Origin: Salpingoeca rosetta | Taxonomy: Eukaryota > Protista > Choanoflagellata | DNA length: 64,000 bases | Assembly: GCA_033442325.1 (NCBI GenBank) | Contig: JAWQFM010000029.1 | Location: 717,486-781,485 of the forward strand | Direction of reading: 5' to 3' | In this document: positions 1 through 12,631 of the stretch, in pieces | How the letters are laid out: every line of letters starts with the position of its first letter | How positions within the stretch are numbered: position 1 is the stretch's first letter | Translations under genes and position numbers: made by a program | The notes under the pieces: generated by a model | Database searches by the model: none | What the model saw: only the letters and a program-made list of their open reading frames with translations | What the model was told of the DNA's origin: nothing

Positions 1-71
1 CACACACATACGCACACACATACGCACACACATACACATACACACATACACATACACATGCACATACACAC

Positions 72-408
72 ATGATCTTGCTGTCTTCTGTGCAGTGGAT
101 GAACACACGCGCGAGAACACCGGCGCCGCCGCGAGCGTCAACCCATCCCTGCATGCACGCATACAACAACAGGAAAACAACGGAAAAGGAGAATGAATGA
201 ATGAATATCGGCAGGCATTGGTGGGGACCGTACAAGTGTGAAATCTGACGGAAACACAAGCGTGCGGTGAGCTCAATATGCGGTTAAGAATACACTATCA
301 ATGCGCAATGTAAAGTTCATGCCAATACGCGCGCGCGTACACACTCCAAAACACGCACGCATACACACACACACATACACACACACATACACACACACAC
401 GCACACAC

Positions 409-459
<51 letters not shown>

Positions 460-788
460 ACCACACTCACGCGTCTGTTGTTGACGCGAAGCGGGGCTTC
501 CGTCAGTTTGCTGTACACGCGCCCAAGGCACGCGCGCATGCCTGCAGGCAAGCTTGGTCGGGACAAAATATCGTGTCGCAGCTCACCACCCCGGAGGTTG
601 ATGGCGTGCACGGGCATTTGCAGCAGCCGCAGCTGCGACGGTGTGCGAACAAACGCCGTGTCGTAGTCTGAACGAATGCGGAAGAACAAAAGGAGGAAGA
701 GGGAGGGGCGTGGAAGGGCATTATCGTGTGATGACGGAAAAACCAGGATGAAGGAAGATGGTACTCTGTGCGTGTGTGTGTGTGTGTG

Positions 789-851
<63 letters not shown>

Positions 852-1508
852 TGGTNNNNNNNNNNNNNNNNNNNNNNNNNNNNNNNNNNNNNNNNNNNNN
901 NNNNNNNNNNNNNNNNNNNNNNNNNNNNNNNNNNNNNNNNNNNNNNNNNNNNNNNNNNNNNNNNNNNNNNNNNNNNNNNNNNNNNNNNNNNNNNNNNNNN
1001 NNNNNNNNNNNNNNNNNNNNNNNNNNNNNNNNNNNNNNNNNNNNNNNNNNNNNNNNNNNNNNNNNNNNNNNNNNNNNNNNNNNNNNNNNNNNNNNNNNNN
1101 NNGACAGGGTTGAGGGGTGAGCGACTGCGATGGAAGCATTGGCAGATATGGCGCATTGTCAACACCATGTCGACACCATGTTATTCATAGAACACTTCAA
1201 ACAGACATCAAACGGTCATAAGACAGCACCATCATGGCAACATACAACACACAGATGCACACACACGCACAAGCTACGTCTTCCTCACTCTCTCCGTCGT
1301 TGTCCTGGTCAAACTCCTCAATCATCGCCTTAAGCTCATCATCGGGAATGTCCTCTCCCAATTCCCTGTTTGTGACGCAAAGCAACGCGCAGCCGCGGTA
1401 TGAGGAAAGTTGGGGAGGTGAATGTATCTCGTGGCATAAGCAAACGACACAGACGAGCAGCCACTCTCTTGCGGAAATACACACCACACTCACTCGCACA
1501 CACACACA

Positions 1509-1581
<73 letters not shown>

Positions 1582-2149
1582 TAGCGAAGAAGACCGCTGG
1601 CCTCACCATGCGTGCATGGCGTCTGGTTTGATGAGGAGGGTGACGCGTGTACAGCGGCGCGGGCGATCACAGTCCGCACTGACGCCCTGATGGTGCCGAT
1701 GATGATCGTGATGGTAAGAAGGTGTTGGAGCAAGATGCAGTGCTCTCGACCTTTCGCAGCCCCACACATGACACATGTAACGCAAACGCGCATAAGCAGC
1801 ATGCACAACGCACATACACCACACACGGCAACTTCGGCCCATTCGTACGTGTCGCTTGGAGTATGCGAGAAACTTTGCTGATTCGTTGGAGAGGAGAAAG
1901 CACTTGACAACACGCATGGTGCCAACATCATCACTGCCACCTCGAACAATGTCCGAATACGTGCGTGTGTGCACTGTGTCGCGTGTGAGCGGCTCGCTCG
2001 CTGTCACCAGATCGTCCCACGACAGCACGTGCTCAAACTCTGCAAGTGTTTGAAGTGTTGCGATGTTTGTATGTTTGAGTTGGTGCATGTGTGCGTGTGT
2101 GTGTTGTTGCACGATTGAGGCAAAGGAAAACGCGTGTCAAACCGAGTCA

Positions 2150-2180
<31 letters not shown>

Positions 2181-3575
2181 CGGTGTGTCAGGAAACTTTA
2201 GACAAACGAGACACCATGTCAAACGCATTAGAATAGACGAGCGATGTGCAATCATCACACCGAACAACCATCCCACCTTGCTGTCTGCCAGTCCACATAC
2301 TTCGCTGACGGCGGTGCGCACGCGCGCGTGTGTGTCCGTGTGCGCGTCGGGAAATGTGGCAGCGATTTCCTGCACGCGGACGCGTGTTCTTCGTCGCAAG
2401 CTCAAGCTAATGCAATGTGTGGAGGAGGGTCATGTGGTGCTGGTTATCAGTCCAAGTGAAAAGCGAGGGTGGACAGGCACGGGCACGCAGAGGTAACATG
2501 CCCGTGTACACATCTCACGGTGGAAATTACGCAATGCAACACAGCACACACCCACACATACACAACACACGCGCGCGCCCACACCCACACATGCAAACAC
2601 ACACACACACACACATGAGCTCACACAGCACACACAACACACATAACACAGCACAACGCACACACACGTACACACCACACCTCGTGCACGCGTGCTTTGA
2701 GAGCGCTGATTTCGTCCTTGTTGTCGCGTGTGTGCTGTGACATGGTTTGCATCCTCGCCTCCAGACGCACACGCAGGTCGTCAATCTGCTGCTTGATGGC
2801 GGCGTCGGTGACGTTGTTGTTGAGGGAGATGAGCGCCCGCACACGTCGCACCTCCACCCCATCCCGCACCTCAACCTCGCTCCCTTCCCCGCCATCCAGC
2901 GCAATGCCCAGCAGAATCTGGCTTGGCTGCGGGTGCGCGCTCGCCTGGGCAACACCTGCGGGCCACTCAGCACTGGCAGCACTGGCGTGATCAGCGTTGC
3001 CTGCATGTACGGTGGTGCTGGTGATGGTGGGCATGCGAGACGGCTGCTTGCTCTTGCTGCTGTTCTTGCTGGTGCTCGAGCTGTTGCTGTTGTTGCGACG
3101 CCTACCATTGGCGCTGCCAGTACTAGCCTTCCTCTGCTTGCCACCATCATTGTCGCCGTGGCTGGTGGTGCTGCTGCTTCGCTCTTTCTTGGCGCTCGTG
3201 CTCCGTCGCCTGCTGCTCTGCCGATCGCCAGGAGTGACAGCGGGGGTGGCGTGGGCGCCGACGTGCTGCTTTGAACTCGCAGCATCGCCCTCGGGTGCTT
3301 CAGTCGACTCGACACGTGACACCTGCGTTGATAAGTACGACACGGAGTAGTGGTTGTCAAGCACCGCGCTCTCCTCAACTTCAATCATCACCCATTCGTC
3401 GTCATCATCATCGTCGCCGTCGTCGTCACCATCATTCTTGGGCGCAGTTGCATCTGCCTCAGCAGTTGACGCAACGGTGCCTGCTTTCGTTACCGATGCA
3501 GCTGTCTTGTTACCATCACGATGATCAGAAGAAGCCGTGTCACCACCGCCATCCCCACCACTCTCATCACCGAAC

Positions 3576-3663
<88 letters not shown>

Positions 3664-6603
3664 AGTCGTCGTGGATGCTGAGCAGTTCAAACTCTGCGGC
3701 TGCGTCCTCCAGCGAGACCGCATACGGCCCCGTGTACAGCAGATCCCCCGTCTTGACAGGACCCCCGACCTTCGTCTCGATTGTGCTGTGTGCCATTCAT
3801 CGCACGTGCCGTTGCGTACATGGCGTGGGATTTGGGTGTCAGTGGGCGAGATTGTGTGTGTGTGTGTGCGTGTGTGCGTGTGTGCGTGAGTGAGTGAGTG
3901 TGCACGGGTACATGAGTGTGCATGTGTGCATGTGTGCATGTGTGCTGTATCATTGAGCCCCGGTACCCTGCACAGCGTGATTGGTGGTAACAACCACGTC
4001 TCGTCGCCCGTTCACGACATTCAACAACACTGAGTGGTGTCTGCAGCAAATACATGCACACCACCACCACCACCACCACCACCACCACCACCACCACCAC
4101 CACCACCACCAAGCTGTGTCCACCAGTGCGTGACATAGACTCACCCGAACATGCACACGAGGTCGATGTGCTGCACAGGGAGTGACTCCACTTCCCGGCG
4201 ATTGGCGCTGGCATGCCGGTGTGTGGTGGAGTGATGGTGTGGTGAGGTCGAAGGTGAGGTGTTGTCAGGAAGCACAACTTCACACATGCACGCACGACAT
4301 GGCAATAGCATTTCACACACACGCGCGCACACAAGCCGATGGAGAAGAATGCAACAGTATGCGGTAATGCGTACATGGTGTGTGCTGATCTGCTGATGAC
4401 ACCGCACACGACAGCACCGGCAACGTTCTCGCGGCGCAACCGCTCAATGACCAGACGCCCGCCCGCAGCCGAGAACAGACCAACAACATCGCCCTCCTCA
4501 AATGACCTGCATAACACACACACACATGGGCGGGTGTATGCGGGTGCGTACTTTGGGTTGAACGACACAAGTTCACACCTGAATGCCTTGCAATGATAAT
4601 GTGTGCACCATACACACATACACACGAGCACATACACGAGCACACACACGAGCACAGCAACAACAGCACCACCAAGAAACAAAGAAGACACATCTGGGTG
4701 TGCGCGTACTCTGATGCGCGGAGTTTGGGGAAGAGGTAGGCAATGTCGGCACCCGTGCTGGTGAGATCGGCCCCGCACTGAAAGCACTTGCCTGTGCAGA
4801 TGAGGATGGGTGAGGCAGTGGTGGTGTTGGTGATTGGTGAACCCGAATACACACACACACACACATACACACACACAATGACAAGAACACACACGGCACA
4901 GGGGCAAGAAACACAAGCGCAAGTGCACGCACTAGCACGACAGCCAACTCACAGCTGACGTTGAAGACGACTTGGAGCATGCCGCAGGAGGGGCAGTTTG
5001 CCATCCACACCTCTATCGACAGCAGTTCGTCAAGTGATGCGTGTGATGGCACTGGTGATGGTATGATGGGTGCGTCGGGTGACATGCCACTTGTGGTCGT
5101 GGTTGTGGCTGGCGAGAGCCCGCTTGTTGCTGCCGACGATGGTGACAGCCCTGCCCCAGGTGATGATGCGTACGATGGCTGCGGTGGGTGGGCTGGCAAG
5201 CCCTCTGAAAGCGTGTGTGCGAGCGAAGGTGGTGATTCTTGTGGCGACAGCGGTGAGAGGTGCTGTTCTTGCCACTGTTGCTGTTGTTGATGGAACTGTG
5301 GCTGTTGTTGCTGTTGTTGTTGGAACTGTGGCTGTTGTTGCTGCTGTTGTTGGAACTGCTGCTGTTGTTGGAACTGTGGCTGTTGTTGGATGGATGCTGG
5401 TGGGCTGAACGCCAGACCAAACGCGTGCGCACCGTCCATCTCCTCCTGCAGCTGCGGGTCGTGGAGACTGCCAAAGTTGATCATGTCTGCACCGACAAGC
5501 TGCATGCCGGCCTGTGGCGACGGCGTTGCGTCCATCGATGACGACGAGTGTCCAGATGGCGAGCCAACAACTGACCATTGGAGAGGAGGGGGAGTTGGGT
5601 TGTGTGGTTGAGTGCGTGTGCGGTAGTTGATTGTGTGAGTGTTGTTGAGTGTACGTGAGATGTTGGCGCTATGATTTTTGAGTGCAAGAGCGTAACAGCG
5701 GCACTGATCAAGTGGTGAGGCGGAACCCTCTCGCAGTCAATCAACATCACACATGATCAACATGACATCACCAGCCCTGTACACCAATGCCATTGTCGCG
5801 ACGAGCACTGCCATGAACATGCGCACAGCCGCAATCACGCCATCACTCAATCACGCACCACCACGATTGCCACCGCACCTGGAGGGATGTCAAATATGTC
5901 TGACCATCCTCGTGGCACCGAGGCGCCTGCCGTCGTCGTCAGCATCTCGGGGTCGTTTGCACCTCCGCCCAGCATGTTCGGGACCGAACCGCCCATCCCA
6001 CCGTCAGGTGGCGGCTGGCGTCCTTGCTGGTGGTGGTCGGGGAGAGTGTATGGCTGTGTCGTGTGCGCGCGTCCGTGTTTCTGCGCGCGTGTGCGCGAGT
6101 GGCGAATCGGTCCGGTCCTCCGCGGGCTCCGAGCACTGGACGACGACGACGACGACAATGAAGACGGCGATGCTATTAATGCCGAAAAAGGAGGGGGGGG
6201 GAAGGGTGTGATCACGGGTGCATGCGTGAGTATGTGTGTGTGTGCATTTGTGGTTATTGTGTTTGTGTGTGTGTGTGTGCGCATTGTGTGTATTGTGTTT
6301 GTGTGTGTGTGTGCGTGCGCACATGTGAAGGTGAAGTCGCGTTGCTTTTCTCAACAATTCTGTTGTCACGTGACGAACTACGTTGCTTACCGCCGTGCGA
6401 CACTGATTGCGGCAGATGTTGTTGTTGGGGCTGGTGGTGCTGCAATGCCGCTTGCAGATACGCGTCACCTGCAGGTGACGCGCAAGCAATGTGTTGTTAT
6501 AGTCGTCGATGGCGGGTGTGAAAGGGAGGCAACCAAGCTCAGGAGGGAACACGCACATGCCTTATCAACAGCACAAAGAAATGAGCACAGAGGGCACACA
6601 CAC

Positions 6604-6642
<39 letters not shown>

Positions 6643-7616
6643 ACTGCACCTTGGTCTTTGAGGAGAGCCGCAAGGTCTGCCAGGTCTCCGGGCTCACACG
6701 TGTCCGCATCCATGCTGCCATTGACATAGACCGCAAACCCCATCCTCCGGCACTCGCGCACGAGTATCTGAAACACCTCAGCCTCGTGTTGGGGCGGCAC
6801 AGCATAGTGATATGGATGCACGCACACGCGGTCTCTCTTCGCAGCACCATTTCTCCTTTGGATGTTGTGTGAGTGAGTAAGTGAGTGAGTGAGTGAGTGA
6901 GTGAGTGAGTAAGTGAGTGAGTGAGTGAGTGTGTGTGTGTATGTGTGAGTGAGTGAGTGAGTGAGTGAGTGATTGAGTGATTGAGTGATTGAGTGAACTT
7001 TGCAAGCAAACTGTTCTGCAAGGGCAACCATTCCTGCGCCAAGCCGTGCATGCTTACTTGATGCCGTAATCGCAGCTGTCGATGAGCTTCCACGTGGCTA
7101 CAAGAAGCTCGTCGGTGATGGGAAACCGGTGGCCCAACAGCTCCTTGAAAAAAGCGTGTGTAGACGTCCGTCGCTTGGAGTCTACAACCACATGGTACAA
7201 AGTGCATGCAGCGAAGAGCGGAAATGTGTTACGACAGCGCCTCAGCTAGTCAGCCGGGCATTCGTTGATGCAACAGGCAAGCAAGACACAATGTCAAAGG
7301 CAGTAGCCAACTCCACAGGCACACCCACAATGAGGACAACCATGAGCGCAACACAAACACAAGCACAGGCGTGGTGTCTTGGCAACGTGCCTTTAGTGCT
7401 GTTGAAGCGACCTCGCGTGTGAGTGCAGTTGTTCTTTGGGCAAGTGGGGCACGCAGCTTTGCATTCCACAAAGAAGTGGTGCTCGGCCACCTGGAACAAG
7501 TCCATGGCATCGTTCAATGTAGTGCACACAAGTGCCTGAGCAAATTTGACGTCTCGCTGCTGGGCTTCTTTCCACAGAGCCCAATTCAGGCTCAGTCCCC
7601 CAAGTTGAACACACAT
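72..7616 (-). CDS. Gene A (multi-exon, 3' end beyond window): MH1-like + C4 Zn ribbon + Peptidase-G2-like chaperone domain + coiled coil + FGF-like beta-trefoils
   Basis: Phase-consistent exons: MCVQLGG...CPTCPKNNCTH (7391-7616), SKRRTSTHAFF...SCDYGI, KRDRVCVHPYHY, Q-rich exon ending CPSCGMLQ, KCFQC..GADIAYLFPK, FEEGDVVG..GVISRS, DLVCMFG, GGPVKTGDLLY..LLGIAL, then trefoil-like exons at ~1850-2040, ~1607-1687, 471-667 and 72-148. Collinear exon for exon with gene B. ATG chosen by alignment to the gene B start. Confidence 0.8.
1289..1365 (-). CDS. CETN3: Isolated exon of a centrin-3/Cdc31-like EF-hand protein (ELGEDIPDDELKAMIEEFDQDNDGE)
   Basis: AG/GT-bounded 77-nt exon closely matching the centrin-3 C-terminal EF-hand region ([27 protein letters not shown]). 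No other centrin exons in the window. Confidence 0.75.
2820..4753 (-). other. Peptidase-G2/IMC-like domain of gene A, split by an acidic insertion
   Basis: Spliced GADIAYLFPKLRASESFEEGDVVGLF...VCGVISRS...VCMFGTIETKVGGPVKTGDLLY...[insert]...GVA...ILLGIAL follows the motif order of phage tail-spike C-terminal chaperones (ADYAE.F..E.G..V...GV.S...VGL.G...V.V.G.V..GD). Confidence 0.6.
3577..3663 (-). repeat. Coding (GAT)n poly-Asp tract in gene A
   Basis: (CAT)n on the + strand, translated as a long D run in ORF 2621..3796. Confidence 0.9.
6790..7616 (-). other. MH1-like (Smad/NFI-type) zinc-binding domain of gene A
   Basis: Spliced NNCTHTRGRFNSTKDSKRRTSTHAFFKELLGHRFPITDELLVATWKLIDSCDYGIKRNGAAKRDRVCVHPYHY aligns to Smad [33 protein letters not shown]...LKAIENCEYAF..KKDEVCVNPYHY, with the C,C,C,H ligand positions kept. 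Confidence 0.75.
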
Positions 7617-8080
7617 CTTGGCGCACAACAACGTGCTTCCACTTCTTCTGCGGCTTCTTCTGCTTCTGCTTGCAAAGCCAACGACTTGCGTGGAGCGTCG
7701 GCCACTTTGGAAAATGATGCTGGCTGCACAAGCGCTTGCCTGTCTCTTGTGTTGGCCAGTATCGACGATCACCTGCGGTGGTGGTGGTGGTGGTGGTGGT
7801 GGTGGTGATGCTGCAGGGCAGTGCTGCTGATGGTGGTGGTCGTCGGGTGTTCGTGTTTCGGTGCGAGGGTGCGTGCGCGTGTTGTTGACCTTGTCTGCTC
7901 TGGTTCGGTGGTCCTTTCCCCTTCTCTCCTTTTATCCTTTTGCTTCTTGCTTTGCTTTGTCGCTTGTTTGGGTTGTGGAAAATTCATGAATGTCAGCGCT
8001 AATCGTACACTCGACGATGACACAACTGGGTGTGTGGTGCGTGCGTGTGCACGCGCGCTGTTGTTGGTGTTATGTTCCAG

Positions 8081-8173
<93 letters not shown>

Positions 8174-8440
8174 CAACGACCAAAGAAAGCAACAGCCCAC
8201 CCTGCCTTGCTTGCCTAATCAACTCAGACCAATCAGATCACACATTCGATTTAAATCTCGTGCATGAGAGCAAAAGAAGGGGGTCAGCAACAGCACTGCT
8301 TATATCAACGAAGATTTGTGAAAACGCAAGGAAGCCAAAGACAAAACGTGTGGTGGGGTAAACAGGGACAACAAAAAGGAGGTGAAGCCGAACAATAAGA
8401 AGGAAGAATTCAAAGGAAAGCCAAAAGCTAAGGTGAGATT

Positions 8441-8460
8441 CACGTGTCACGTGTCACGTG
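8441..8460. promoter_or_regulatory. Three tandem E-boxes (CACGTG-T-CACGTG-T-CACGTG) between gene B stop and gene A start
   Basis: The motif is directly visible; a regulatory role is inferred. Confidence 0.35.
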
Positions 8461-8669
8461 ATGTGATGCGATGCGTGCGCGCGCGCGCGTGTGTGTGTGT
8501 GTGTGACACATGGCAACACAACACAACACCAATGTCGTGACAAAAGCAGCATCCAGGAAACAAGGAAATCAAGATTTTGGCATGGCGTACTGTAACATAA
8601 CGTCACGCCTGCGTTATTATCACCATCAGCATCAACAGTCGCAGCATCATCCATCATCCATCTCACGTG

Positions 8670-11600
8670 CTACACGAGGAAGATTTGCGAATCCCGGTGC
8701 TGTATGGTTGCATGTGTGGCGGCGGCGGCGGTGGTGGTGGCTCCCTGCTCTGCCTGCTGCTCTGACGCGTCCTGAAGGAGAACAGCATGGCTAATGCGCT
8801 GTAGTTCGTCCTCCGCGCTGTTGTATCCCCACACCGTCAGGCTGCTCGTATCCAACCATGGTTGCCAGGGCTGCCGGCTCTCATCCTCACCACCATCATA
8901 ATTCACGTCGTCGCGACTGCCGCCACGACTGCCACCACGGTGATCACGGCCGTCACGGCTGCTGTGGTTGCCGCTGTCGCTGCGCGCGTGCGTGTGCACA
9001 CATGCGAAGAACTCAAAGGGAAGCTCGTCGCTGGGAACGGGATGGCTGCTGCGGGCAACATACACACACAGCGGCTTGGAGCGGCCTGGTGGCGGGGAGA
9101 GGGGAGGGGAATGGGAGAGGGCGAGAAGTTGTAGGGGAAGGTGAGGTGAGAATGCGGGGCAAAGGTGGGGTGGGGGTGCGATAGAATCACTGTGGGTGTG
9201 CACACGACGCGACAATCACCGACACGCGCAAAGGGCACACACAAAAGCAAACAAAACATGAACGGAATCACTGTGGGTGTGCACACGACGCGACAATCAC
9301 CGACACGCACAAAGGGCACACACAAAAGCAAACAAAACATGAACACACACACAAACACACACACACACACATAAACACACACACACACACACAAAAGCAA
9401 ACAAAACATGAACATGCACACACACGCACACACAAGCAACACAATACACGCGCACACGCACCAATTTTGATGGCAAAGTTTGCTGTCTCGCACTGAACGA
9501 CGACAGGGCGGCTGGCGTGCACGAAGCACAGCGCAATGCGGTCGCACTGCTGGTGCGATGATGATGACGACAACAACGACGACGACGATGATGGTGTTGG
9601 CACCATGGTGAAGTCCGTAGTTGCATTGCCTTGCACTTCAACTCTTCGGCCTTCATCATCGCCACCATCACTGTCAATATCGCCTTCACTGTCATCATCA
9701 CCATCACCATCACCATCATCACCACCGCGACCACGAGCACGGCGGTGCGGCTTTGATTGTTTACGTTGCTGTTGTTCTTCTCTCGCCAACACACCAGCGC
9801 CCCCACTACGCTCATCGCCAACAGTCCCTGCATCAACAGCACCAGTCGCGCTGCTGCTGCTGCCGCTCATAACACTTGACAACGCGCCCGCTGTTTGGCT
9901 TCGCCTCGCCGTCTTCCCACCACCACCACCGCCGCCGCTGTTGCTGCTGTTGCTGCTTCGCCGTCGACTACGCCGACCACCGCTGCTGCCGCTGCCGTCG
10001 GCGTCGCCGTGCAAGTCGACATCAACCACGTCGTCCAGCTCCCTCAGCTCGTCGGGGGTGCCTGCGATTGTGTGTTCGCGGCGAAGAGGGCTCATTCCCC
10101 GCCGCTTTCGTCTCCGTGCCCGGGACGGGCGGTCAACGCCGCTGTCGGTACCAGCATTATCGTCGTCGTCGTCGTCGTCGTCATTGGTGGCGTTGGTGTT
10201 GGTGCTGGCGTTGGGGATGCTCTTGTCGCGGCTGTTGTTGCTGTTGTTCGCGCGCTCGTTCCGCTTGCTGGCGGTTGCGCCGTTGGCAGCGGTGAGCACT
10301 TCCTCAAACGCACCGTCGCCGTCCGTGTCATAGTGGTCGGTGTCTGTGATATCGCCGCTGCTTGCCTCGTCCACGTCAGAGAGTATCGACGCATCAGACT
10401 CGTCGGCATCCGTCTTCGCATGGTGTGCCAGCTGCTCTCCAATGTCCGCCACTGCACGGTGCAGTGTCAATTGCCGGGGTTGCGGTGGCGGTGGTGTTGT
10501 GGCGTGAGGACACATGAAACACATTCGATCAGTAGCAGCGATCACAGAGACGCTCGTGGTCGTATACACACACACACACACATACAACAACACACAAACA
10601 TGCACACACGCGCAGACAAACGAACCGAAGATGCAAGCAGGCGTGATGGTGGTGGAGACGCGTGGGTTGCCGTCCTCATCAAAGCAGAGGTAGTGCTGTC
10701 CGCACCGCAGCGCAACACCATCTGTAATTTGGGGGGGGGAGGTGGAGGTTGGGATGGGATGGGGTGAGTACAGATACACCATTCAGGCGTGGTGATGTTG
10801 TGACAAAGGCCACCGTTGCCTGTACACAACACACAACGCACACACATGCACGCGACGCAAAACACGCACCTTCTGTCGAGATCCATTCAAAGGCGGTTGA
10901 TGCGTCCGTGGCGGTGGTGAAGACAGGGAGACCGTCCTTCAGGCCAATGTACCCGTCGGCGTGCAGCAGTCTGCAAACAAATCACGGACAAGGGGCGGTG
11001 TCGTGTGGTGTCATGTGGTGTGTTGTGATGGGTTGTGATGTGGTGTGATGTGGTGTGAGGTTCGGGGTGACTTTTGGATTGTGGGGTGCGGGAAGAATAA
11101 TCACCAGGAGCGCAACACACACACACACACAGTCTTTCCAGGCGCGTGTGCAGGGTAGTGTTGCAGACCTGACAAGAGGGCGGCTGATGACTTCGAATGC
11201 GAGAAGTGACTGCAGCCCGTGGCCTTTGCAATCCACCTGTGCACAGGTGTCGTGTCGTGTTGTGCAGAGCAGAGGCGAGACGAGGTGAGTGGACAAGGGA
11301 GATGCAGAGTGTGGGGCAACAGAATCACACATGCACGCACACAAGGGTATGCAAACACACACAGGATAAATGCACACACACACACATATACGTCCATGAC
11401 ACAAATGAGCGCGACTGCGACCGCACCTTGCCGCCAAAGACGCGCACGGCCTCCTGCGTGGTCTGGGCATACAGGCGGCACAGACACACGCGCTTGTCTG
11501 CAAAGGCATTGAGGTTGAGGACGCGCTGCTTCTCGCTGCGGGTGAGGTGCAGGTGGCGGCCGGGGCGCAGGTGGTGCTCAACGTCATCAAACCGCGACAC

Positions 11601-11742
11601 GAGCATGTGCCGCTCTGAGGAGGTGGACGCCATGGTGGTTGGTGATGGTGGTGGTGAGGAGGAGGAGGCGCGGATGTGTGTGTGTGTGTGTGTGTTTGCA
11701 TGTGTGTGTGTATGTGTGCACGTGTGCACGTGTGCACATATG

Positions 11743-11780
<38 letters not shown>

Positions 11781-12587
11781 AAGGCGAGCATAAGCGAAGG
11801 TGAAGAGAGACACGAGCATGGCAGTCGATGGGTTGCGTACTTGTAGTTGACTGATGTGAGGCTACGTCCTGGCGAATCTCTGCACAGCAACACATGCAAG
11901 CAGACAATCACATGATGCAAAGGGTGAGGAGAAACCCCGAATACGCACAACGCACACGCACGCGACCAACACAAACAACGCTGCCCGAAGCAAACGTTTT
12001 GAAGTCATGCAGCCACGCACACGCACACGTACACGCGCACATGCACACACACACGTACACGCGCACATGCACACACACGCGCGCGCAAACGCAAGCGCAC
12101 CGAAGCAGGCGCGCTTGTCGAATGTGGACTTTCGCCTGTAGTTCGGGTACGGCCGCCCGCTGGCAGAAACAGCCAGGTGCCGTCCGCCGCGCGTGAACGA
12201 GAAGTAGTTGGTCGCTGGTGGCGTCGTGACGCGGGCAGTGGGGTGTAAGGAGGATCGACACGAGAGGGATGGATGTGTGTGTGTGTGCGCGCGCGTATCA
12301 GAACGAACGTCAGGTTCACAATGGCACGATTCAAAAGAGTCACACGCCATACACCACCACCACCACCACCACCACCACCACCACTCGTGCTGGCAACATA
12401 CCGACTTCCTGGATGGAGAACCACGGCAGGTCCTCCAGCGACGCCACGCGCACAAACCGCGGCTGCCCGCTCGCGTCCAGCGTCAGCGCACGCGCCCCCT
12501 GGAATGGTTTGACGATGCTGTGGCGTACGGGCGGGGAGGGGGAAGTAATGTGAAGATGTGGGGGAGAGGGAGTGCGTGGGCGAACGA

Positions 12588-12631
<44 letters not shown>

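Noticed and set aside
1607-1687. NDP-kinase-like motif TLLIKPDA
   Set aside because: The exon aligns by sequence (TRVTLL versus TRVVLL) and phase with a trefoil exon of gene B; no other NDK motifs are present.
7617-7772. N-terminal extension of gene A in ORF 7242..7772
   Set aside because: It begins at a GTG right after a splice-acceptor-like site and has no counterpart in gene B; probably 5' UTR.
11425-11633. Separate gene starting at ccaccATGgcg (MASTSSERH...)
   Set aside because: A phase-1 acceptor just downstream links it to the previous gene B exon, and gene A has the homologous exon with the same phase.
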